Of a stretch of DNA of 64,000 nt, positions 46,889 through 57,300 are shown piece after piece; the first letter of the stretch is position 1; every line of letters starts with the position of its first letter. Location of the stretch: assembly GCA_964106645.2 (NCBI GenBank), contig OZ067038.1; one strand, given 5' to 3'. Under the pieces are notes generated by a model that saw only the letters and a program-made list of their open reading frames with translations, was not told the origin of the DNA and did no database searches. This stretch comes from Podarcis pityusensis. Lineage: Eukaryota. The translations under genes and the position numbers were made by a program.

Positions 46889-49800
46889 TTTTGAGATGTG
46901 TATAGTTCCATAAGCATTAGTGCTTTGTAGCAAAACTGTAGTGCCATTTTAGGATCAGTGCATGAGCCTAGTAGTACTTTTTTTACAATTTCAGAGTGAC
47001 AAATTAACAAGGCTGATGGTGTAATTCATAAGAAACTGACAAGATTATGGTCATGAGCTAAGGATGCAGTGTCCTTTCTAGGCAATGATAGCTTATATTG
47101 GTGAATAAAATCAGTAGCATGAGGAGTGCATGGCTCTTGAATCTGTAAGCAGGTAGACGTGCACCTCAAAGAAACTACAATTGAAACAGTCCTTAACAAA
47201 TCTTTTTTTGAGCAAATAATATTTTGCTACAATGGGAAAATTCACTGATCTCTTGGACTAAGAAGTTTCACAGATTTAAGTGTGCATAAGGCTAATCTTT
47301 GCCACAACATGTTCTCATAAAATGTCCCTTCATATATGACTGTTCTCCATTCAGAAGAGCCTATAAACTTTTACTCAGTTACCCACTAGTTGCATATTTG
47401 CTCATAAGTACCCTTATGTTAGAGCAGCACATCATCTATCAAGTTGAAAAAATGACTAAATTATAAATAATAACACTGCTACTGCTATTCAAGATTGGTA
47501 GTATTCATTTTTGAAAGCAAATGATTCTCATTTTTCTACTTCCATAGAAAGCACCTGAAGGAGTTTGCTGTTTTAAAAATTTTTAAATCATTGCAGTACA
47601 ACTATTTGGGTCACTAAGATGTCTCCCTGCTTATATTATCAATTTGCTTTTAGTTCAAATAAGTGAGATCAGCAATTCAGGCACCTGATTTTTCTGTGCA
47701 GATCCTGTAGTCTGGACTGCTGTGATTCTGTTTTTAGAAAACAACTACTTGTAGCTTAAAGAGGATACTGCATCTTTTTCTTGGTCTTGTCTGTAAATGG
47801 CTACCTTGGTGAGGAAAAAAAATATTTCTGGTTTTGGTTTACCATTGGCTAAAAATTCATAGGAAACATTTAATTAACCACAAAACAAGAGATCTATGTT
47901 TAAAGGTCTCTGCCTATTCTCCCTTGAAATTTGGGAAGGTGGGTTGTTTACAAATGAGCAGTGAGGACCTGAGCTCAGCCAAGGTTCTGTTGGAAAGAAA
48001 TGTATCTGTCCCACTGAATGAAATAGTTTTTAGTGCTTGGGAGAATCAATTGATGGAAAAATACCTCTGAAACTGGAATGCAAAATAGCACAGTATGTAG
48101 GGGGAAAGAATCCCTGATGCAAATAAAGCCATAAGATGACTTAATCAATAGAACTTTAGTAGCAATAACTGTTTGCATGTAATAGGAACTACTTGCATTA
48201 GCAAGTATTGTATAGTAGAATAAATGGTACTAACCAAATAGGTTTGTGGTGCTCTGTGTTGCAGGGAGTTGCCTGACATGATGAGTTTTCTCTTTAAAAT
48301 GTTAGGAAATTCCTCAAAGGAAGTTGGCACTTGAATGCTTTATTGAGGAGCCTGTTTAAAACTCCTGCATAGCTCCCCCCCCCCCATTGATGCAACTAGG
48401 GCAGAAATTTGTTGTGGTCATGGGCTAAAGATGCAGTGTGCATGAGAAAGTGGATGAACCCCTGTCCTCCTTGTCAATAGATAGCATGTAGTTGAACTTC
48501 TGGTGTGAAAGGGAACTCTTCAGAGACTGTGAACAGGGCCAGGTTCAACCTAAACATGCAATTTAGATTTGATTGTGGAAACTTGTTGCCATTACCTAAA
48601 GCTGGTTAGATGTGTCAAATTTTTGAGGAATGTTGGCAAGGTACAAAGCATCCTAGCACCTAGCAAGTGTTGTGTCTCCTGAAAATGTTATTTTTCTCTT
48701 TAAAAAAACCTTTTAAAAACTTGTACGCCTGTTACGTGGTTTCACTCTTAATTATAAAAGCTACTTTTGAGTTTGGAAGCTTCTATTCTAGATGGGTATG
48801 CCTGGCAATCTTACCCTCACCACTCTATAGAGTGCAGTTCATACCTCTTTAAAATGCAGCTTGCACTAACCTAGTATGCATGTAAGACCATGTAAACTGT
48901 AAGCCTAATATGTAACTCTGCCTTAAACAGGATTCAGCTGAAGTAGAACAGATTCATCTACAAGGTTGGGATGTATACTTGAAGGCTTTACCTTTATTGT
49001 TTTCCTTAATTGCAAGGAGTTATATCCCAGCTGGTATGTGTCTGCCAACAGAAGGCTTTTGAATAGGGATCAAGGCTATTTTGGGTAGTTCCCCTCCCCT
49101 CAACAGCTGCCCATACTGTTCCAAAGGGCCCACCAATTCTCCAGGTCAGATTTGAGTGGGAAGGAGGAATCACTGAAGAGTGCCTCAACCCTTTTTCCAC
49201 TGATGGCTCCACTGTACTAAAGAGCCTTCCATAAGCAGAATATGGCCAGAGGGTAGCCAGTATCTATCATCAGTCTGATCAACACAGCCATCTGTTCAAG
49301 TGGATGGAAGAAGCCCATATTGTAAAAGTAGAATTGATATGTATTCTGTACAGAACAACCCCTATATATTCATTCTGTAATATGAGCTTTACTAATGGTT
49401 TCCAAAATAGTGTTTGAAATCTGAATCAAGGAGACTGTCCTTTATATGTGAAAAAATAGTCAACAAAAACCTGTGACTATTTTGTCACAAAATATACAAG
49501 GCACTTTTTACTGTTTTCAAACAAACATGATTCTAGGGCTAAGGAAATTTGCACTTTGTTAACCATTCTGAGCAAACTGGCAGAATCTGAAAGGCATATC
49601 ACGGCTATGCCACCAGTAGGACTTGCTTTGCTCTAAATTTATTTTGAGTTGCTGGTTTGCAGATACTTTTCAATTTGCAAAACTGGTGCTTGACTGACAT
49701 AGTGCTGCTGCTACCCAATTTAATAAATAATGAGCTTTTTAGCTTGGTATCTGGATAAGTGTGTGAGCTTCATACATGCAGGATTTGCTGTTGTGGTGCT

Positions 49801-52800
49801 TAGTCAGAAACATTTAGGATGTGGTTAACTGTTTGAAGATGCTTGGCTATCTTGCATAACCTCATAATGGAGAGCTTTGCTGCCTAGATCTATAGAAATG
49901 AGGGGTTCTGTTACTCCAGAGCAGCCTTTGCCAGCCTGGTGCCCTCCAGATGCTTTGTGCTGTAGGTCCCATCAACCCCAGCAGCACATCCAAAACAACT
50001 GGAGGACACCTGTGAGAGGCGGCTTCAACAAATTGCACTTAAGCAGTTTGCACCTCAGTAGCTGTAGTATTTAAACTCCTGAAGGTTTAGCACTGAAATT
50101 TGTTTCCATAAGCAGTTAATGAGGGGAAAGATCTTTCTATGAAGTGGCTCTTCATGGCACATAAGCAGCACTTGGGGTATACATGGTGTATACACCACCA
50201 CCTCGCCTTCCATTTATTCTCCTAACAGCCTTTATTCTATCAGTGGAGAACAGGATTTCATTCTAAGTATATTAGTGCCATTCTTTATGAATGGTTGCAG
50301 GGGGCTCTTTTTTAATAGTCTGTCTCTATTCTACATGTGCACTAGTTTTTACGATAAAATCCCCCTTACTTGACTTCTCCCTTTTAGACCTTTTATTCTT
50401 GCTTTGCACTTTGAAGAATAGTAATTATTGAGCAGTAGAAGTCCAAGCACAATACATGGGTGCCAATAAATGTATTTTCCAAACAGGCTTCTGGGATATA
50501 GATGGTAAGTTTGCAAGTGGTAGCGTTGGATCTTTGCAACAGGATTTGGAGGCCTAAGCTGAACTGAATTTTTGTACCATGCTTTATTAAGTACTTGAAG
50601 ATTGAGGGTGGGGGTGGAGGAAGGACAAGGAGTTTATGCCCTCACCCTGTACACAGAAAGGCAATGAGTTCTCCCTGCCCTGAAATGTAGAGGAATGGTC
50701 AGCTAAGTGGTGCTCCCCAAAGACTACAGGAATAAAAGCTTAGTAGGGTATCTGCTGAACAAAGAACTCATTTGTATGAAAGGACTCCTATGACGGGAAT
50801 GTGGAAAACAAAATACTAGAGAATGAGAATATGTCATGTGATGGGGCAGGGGAGAATGCCCCAAGGTGAAGATTTCCTACCTAACTAGATGAGAAGAAAG
50901 CAGGTTTAGAGCTGGAAATTGGTTCTATCTGGGGGGGGGGGGGGGCAGGATGAAAGCATTCGAGTTTGATCACTTGCTAGTTCGTTTTAGATGGAATTGT
51001 CAACTTTCCCTAATTACAGCACAATGAACATACCACAGAGTTTAGCATTTAAATAGTTGCAACTTATCTGTCCTCTGCTATCTTTGACAAACCCTTGGAC
51101 GGCAGATGAGGTTGTGAAACTCAAGTATGGAAAACATACATGGAAAATTGACAATGGCACAAGCACATAGGCTCACAAACCAAGTCTTTTATAGAGGTAG
51201 TATTCTAATTATGCATGATTAAGATGTCTAGTGTTATAGTTATTACCAGTAAATTGATATATGCATTTATACATAATGAAGCAATAGGAACTAATATACC
51301 AATAGCTTGAACTTACTGCTTTGATTCTCAGATTTTGATTTTAGAGAACATTCTGTCTCTTTAAAGGAGGCAGAATGTACAAATAAGAGAAGCATGACAC
51401 CAAAACTGTGTATTTGAAAGAAGAATCAGCAGAATGAGCCCTTTTGACCTCTTACCAGGTTCATTGTGTTCCCTTGAGCCTACATAATATGAGCATGGTT
51501 GGTGGTAAGATGGGTTTCTTGGCTGCTGCAATTGTACAAATAAAAAAGGTGCAGAGTTTCAGAGTACAGAGAAGGCACTAGATGAACCCCAAATAGGGCA
51601 ATAGCAAAATGTATGTAGTAGGATTTTTCAGGTAACAAGAAGGAAGGAACCTGGATCACAACCTGTTGGCAAATAAATGAGAATTTAGGTGGATGAAATC
51701 ATTAAGCAGTCCTTACTCTTCAGGTATTGAGTTTAAATGACAGGTTCTCCCCGCCAGGTATCTCTCACCCTGTTAGGCAGCTATACCAAGATGAACTGGT
51801 TTCAGACCAGCATTAATATACCTTACAATAACTAATCTGAAAATGGCAAAGTTCTGCTTTAGACACAAAGCAAGGTAAAGCTTGCTAAGTAGGAGTGGAG
51901 CTTGCTAACTAGATTCAAGAGAGTAAATGGCACCCCCATAAAAAATTATTGGTTTAGTTACAAAAAAAGTAAAGTGGGTGCATTTAATGGTAGAATATAT
52001 ATGCTGAATACGTAGAGGATGGTAGAAGCATAGCCCTTTTATCTAAACCTGGACTAGAAAATTATTTTCCTAATGTGAAGGTGCTGCTTAAAATAAACAC
52101 TGAGTTTAAAGTTCCTTAACTAGATTATGGCTATACTAGTTTCTGCAGAGCAAGTTACAAACACTTCTTCATATCAAAGTTTGTTTTCTCATAGATCTGA
52201 AAAAGGGTTCGTTATGGCAAATCTGCATTTTATGTTAGTGGTTATTTTCCCAATCATTTATTTTAAGCTTGTTATAGAGGCCATATTTTTTACATTGCCA
52301 GTCTCAGTAATTAGTAGCTGCCAAATAGATGTATGAATATTGGAGACGTGAGTGCAGGCTTGTAATGACATCAGTTTGACTTCCCCTCTGATTTCATGTT
52401 AACATGAAAATACTCCATAGTATTTTATCATTGAATTGTTTTCCCCAAACTCTGTCCCTCTTGTAGGTTGTGATTTAGGTCTCTGCTAATTAATTTCTTC
52501 TTTCAGAGCAAAGAAAAGATTGTCTTTGCAAATGCATAGGATAACTGATCATAATAAAAGGATTGTGAAAGCTAGTCTGGGAAAATGTACAGAAACATTG
52601 TATAAATTTTAGAAGTAGGCTTAAATTTTGTTAACTCACTTGAACAAGCAGAACAGACAAGAAAGGTATATGCCACTGCAAACTATTTACTCCCATTGCA
52701 CAATTATGTAACAAATACCACAAATCTACCCATGTATATATCTGAAGATTTCCAAAAGGCAGCTTGCTTTTATATCTATGCATCTTTTGGGGAGGGAAAG

Positions 52801-52889
52801 AGGGTGTTAAAATTATTCTTTTGACACTGTAAACAATAATTGTTCAAAACTGAACCTGGAAACTCTGCACCTGTATACAATTTTTTAGC

Positions 52890-52895
52890 AATAAA
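52890..52895 (+). terminator. Probable distal Cyrano poly(A) signal
   Basis: AATAAA with several TGTA (CFIm-type) motifs in the preceding 300 nt. Confidence 0.5.
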
Positions 52896-53171
52896 GCAGC
52901 ATGGGCTGAGAATGCACTTAAAATGCCATTGTGTCATTTATTCTAGGACAAACTCTTGAAATGATAGAAATGTAGGTTCACATATTTCAAAGTTTGCCCT
53001 CATTGTGGAGCAGGAGAAAGATGTTTAATCATTGCAAGCTTATATGATTGCTGTGAAACCCCAGCAGCTTTTTAGCACATCTGAGCCACTTCATACTCAT
53101 GTATTTTTCAACAATTATGTGATTGGTTGCCATGTGTTTTGCAGTGCCTCTTCTCCCTCCTCTTCCCAATA

Positions 53172-53375
53172 TAGTGGTACCTCGGGTTACATACGCTTCA
53201 GGTTACAGACTCCGCTAACCCAGAAATATTACCTTGGGTTAAGAACTTTGCTTCAGGATGAGAACAGAAATCGTGCTCCGGCGGCGCAGCGGGAGGCCCC
53301 ATTAGCTAAAGTGGTGCTTCAGGTTTAAGAACGGACTTCTGGAACAAGTTAAGTACTTAACCCGAGGTACCACTG
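53172..53375. mobile_element. Tc1/mariner (Tigger-like) MITE
   Basis: TIRs (T)AGTGGTACCTCGGGTTA / TAACCCGAGGTACCACTG flanked by TA on both sides. Confidence 0.82.
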
Positions 53376-54163
53376 TACAGGGCTTTAAGTTAGCTGCATT
53401 GTTTTTTTCAGAAAACTATCAGGTGGTGAAATGAATAGGAAAGCAGCTCCATCAAACATAAGCTAACTGGTCAGTCCATTCTGTCAAATTTGTGTCTACA
53501 CCATTTAAACAGCACTGGAACGCACATTCTTACATTGGACTTGAAATTGTTTTTATTGTTAAATTGCTTTGAGATGTTTCATAAGAAGCAACTCATAAAA
53601 TTAATAAGAGAGATACAGAAAAGCCTTTATGTAGGCTGCCTCACATCTGTACAACTTTCCTAACCTATGCTCCACCTTTGGTAGTTTAGGCAGCATTTTA
53701 AAAACCCGGTTGTTAGCATAGAATTCAACTGGTGTTACAGTTAAGAGTTCAAGTTCGATGAAATTTTAATAGTTTTTAAATTGACACTTTTAGTTTACAC
53801 AACAGGTTACTGGGTAGACTGAACTGTCTCAAGCCAAATTTAAAATAAAATGCTGAATTGAAGCCACCAACAAAACTGTACAAGCTGTACATTTCTTCTA
53901 AACAGAGGCTGCAAATGCATTCACTGTATAGTTTAGGATAGTATTAACAGATGCAACAATTCCAAAAAAATCCAGGCAGAACTATATGTGCACATATAAA
54001 AATATAGCAGTTCATATGCTTTGTGTAATCCATTTGCCAGTCAAAGACACACTGCCTTTTTCAAATACTGTACAACCAAAACAGTGGTTGTGTAGACGGC
54101 AAGTTACAACCTCATGTTCATCACAGCCAAATGCAGATATGTGACTTGCAGAAATGCTACCAG

Positions 54164-54319
54164 TTAGTTCAACTTCTTCCTTGTTCCCCCAGATGCTTGG
54201 CCATGTAGTCTTGCTTTGTAGATCTGCTTTTCAGACATCAACTTCTGCTGGTTTCTTTCTTCGAGTTTCTCAATCAACCGTTCTATCCGTATGTGCGCTA
54301 AAACAAGGCTCTCCTTTAA
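54164..54319 (-). CDS. OIP5: OIP5 exon 5 coding part
   Basis: ttgtag|LKESLVLAHIRIERLIEKLEERNQQK...GTRKKLN TAA. Confidence 0.9.
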   Translation of the reverse strand, partial: LKESLVLAHIRIERLIEKLEERNQQKLMSEKQIYKARLHGQASGGTRKKLN

Positions 54320-57300
54320 CTACAAAAAAATAATAATCACCAAGCTTAGATAAAACAAAGTGATGCAGAAAACCAATTATATCAGCCAAATCTTTGTCAG
54401 TGAAAACAAAAAATTGTCCAATATTTTAAGTCCAGCGACACACCTTGTAACTATGCATTTGAGAGGCATCTCTGTTAAAGGTGTGGGAGAAAATCAACAT
54501 TGCACCAAGGCTATTCTGTCAGGTCAAGCATTTTGGCTTGCTAGATGAATCAATCCCCTTTACCTGTTTCGGGTGTTCTCTCAACCAAACACCCCCTTGA
54601 CCCAATTATAGAGGGCACAGGGGAAGGAGGGGATGGAACCCCAGTGCACAAGCAGAAGTCCTTGTTCAGGGTATCTCTCATGTATCTTGGGGAAGTGACT
54701 AGGGCAGCTGAGCGCTCCTTCATTATAGCTCTCCAAACTTGATTGGCATGAACCCAGTATGCTGACAATCAATTCTTCAAACATCGTGTAAGACAGTTTG
54801 TCATGTGCAAATTTGGTTCCACTTGCTCCTCACCTTTTAGCCCACCTCACTGGCCTCGGATGAAAGCCGCTACTGTCAGCTGTGTAGTCTGACACTTAAT
54901 CATACTTGGGAAGATTTAAACTCAGGTAGGTCCCCTATGGCCTACCATAGCTGTTTGCTAGCATGGTCAAGGGTTGCCCATCCCTGATTTAAACAGTTCT
55001 ACTTGATCTAAAGAAATGATGAAGCTGTACAGGGCCTGTTCCAAACCTCTCCAACTGCACAGAATCCACTGCGGCAGCTTTTTCATTTGGGTAATGGCAG
55101 AAGCCTCAGAATATGTGAGGAGTCCACAATGCAGTTCCTACCAGAACTGGGGCAACATTAGTGCAGGAAGAAGCCGTGCTGTGGACTCCTCTTTTATAGC
55201 ACAGAAATTCTCCTGTTTCCTCAAGTGGCACAGGAAAGTCAAGCTGGAACAGCTCCTATTTGTCTCCGATAAAGTGAGGACACACTCTCTGAATATCTTA
55301 TTAGCAGAGTATACCATATTTGCCTTTGGTATTCAGCTGCCAAATGTGTTCATGTGCTCTTTGGTTTAAATGAGCAAAGGACTGTATTAAGCTCAATTTT
55401 ATGGACTGCTTGTTTTGAAAAGCTTGTTTATGAAAACAGGATGCTGTAGTTAGTTTCCAGAAAATATTTATAATTTAAACTGAAAAATGTTAATATTTAC
55501 TAGTTTGAAGTATAAATATTCTCTGGAAACTAACTAGAGCATCCTATTTTCATACAACCATGTGCTTGAAAGAACAACCGGTGTTGGCTAAGTGTGCCTG
55601 GGAACTACCGTATTTTTTCTATTTCACAGACTTGGAGGGTTGCCTTTGATTTGCCAAGCCTCAAAACAGTTTGTGCCCATTATTATTACTAGAAAAGAGC
55701 CTATGTTTCCATGTTCCATAAATGTCTGAAAGACTGCTCTGACTACTCCTTTTAAACCTCAGTCTAATATATTGTGCAACAGTCTATACGAGAAACCCAG
55801 GTTCAAATTCTGCCCTGTCAAAGACTATCAGCACAATTCTATCTATGTCTGCCCATAAGTAAGTCATATTGAATCAGTGATTTCGGTGGGCCTTATACTC
55901 CCAGGTGAATGGGGTTAGGATAGCAGCCTTAAAAAAGTTCACTAGACGCTCTCTGTTGCAAGGGTTGCAAAGCTGATAAGAGCACTTAGCATGTTTTGTA
56001 ATGGTACATATTTTTGTACATTTAGTCACATTTTTATCTGCCCAGTTCCCCTGTGAGAAGGGGAAAACAGTAGTTAACAAACACAAAAACAGAAGAACAC
56101 TTACTTTCTGTACTTGTTCCTTTAGGCTCACAGGAGGACAGGTCATCTTTGAGGCTTCAATTGTCGTTTTAGTTTTTAACAAGTAACTGAAAAACAAGTT
56201 TAAAGACAATACATTTTGAAATTAGCTGATCAGTCACAGGAATGTATGAATAAAGGAGAGGATAAAAATAATTTATATTGCAATTTTTCAGAATATTGTG
56301 TCCAATTTTTTCAACATTTTTGTCTACTCCAGCAAGAGAAATCTAAGCATTCAAAAGTGAAGATTATTCATAATAACAACCATGTAATAGTATTTTGCCA
56401 GCATCCTGATTTCAATAATTATATCCTAACTTGTGATATAATTTCCTGAAATTAATAGGTTTCCACAATCTGATACTGCAGTACATTTCAGATTCGTAAC
56501 AATGTATTTTGAAGGACCTAATTATTCAATATACAACACTTATTTTATTTTCAAGAAAATAACTTCTCGCCTCTCCTGTCCCTTCCTCAAGTAGGCTAAA
56601 CTTTTGTGGTCATAGATCACTTCTGTTTTATAGCCAGTTTTAAGCCCTTTCACACAGCATATTCAAAGGTCAATGCCTTATCATGAAGTAATACTTAAGC
56701 AGCCAATCAACAAGTAAATGTCATCCACTGAAAAGCACCGTCTTGAGCTGTGACATTACGGTTTCTCATTCACAAGTCAAAACACAAGACTGCATGATCA
56801 TTGTTTAGCGTAATAGCAAGGCTATTCAAATCCCAGGTCAGCCATGAAGCTCACTGGGTGACTTTGGACCTGTACTTCCCACTAACCATATAGTACTGGG
56901 CTGTTGGGAATCTAAACTGGAAGGGAAGCAGTCCCCTGAGCTCTTTGTAGAGGTGATGGGATAAAAAAAAGGGGGGGGGACAATTAAGTGGAGTCGCCCT
57001 TAAGATCAAGAAAATATGAATGGTACTTTCCAGTTGCTAATTGAATAAATCTCCTAAACTTGTATCCCACTGGAAAATTAGTTTTAGATCAGCTCTCACA
57101 ACAGCATGGTGTTACTCCTGGAATAGTTATTTTCAGTTGTATAAACGCCTGCTTCTACCCAAACATTAGCTACATATTGTGCTGCTGTAACTACCACAGC
57201 ATAGTGTCTACAAATGATGCCATCAGCCAGTATCTCTTTTGGAAAAGCCTTTTTTTAATCCTTTGCATGCCTTTTTATGAAACCTTCATATATAAACTTA

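Larger units (their letters stand above)
37400..52915 (+). ncRNA. OIP5-AS1: lncRNA Cyrano (OIP5-AS1 orthologue). Exon 1 ends 37484; candidate internal exons 43014-43116 and 43608-43675; terminal exon from about 44582 to about 52915
   Basis: Syntenic position between CHP1 and OIP5, antisense to OIP5; diagnostic miR-7 site AACAACAAAATCACCAATGTCTTCCA at 46863-46888; no credible long ORF. Transcript boundaries are inferred from splice and poly(A) motifs only. Confidence 0.9.

Noticed and set aside
50931-50945. G15 run in the Cyrano terminal exon as a possible G-quadruplex
   Set aside because: Poly-G/C runs are scattered through the whole window (e.g. about 14108, 24168, 44416, 59521), so nothing is specific here.
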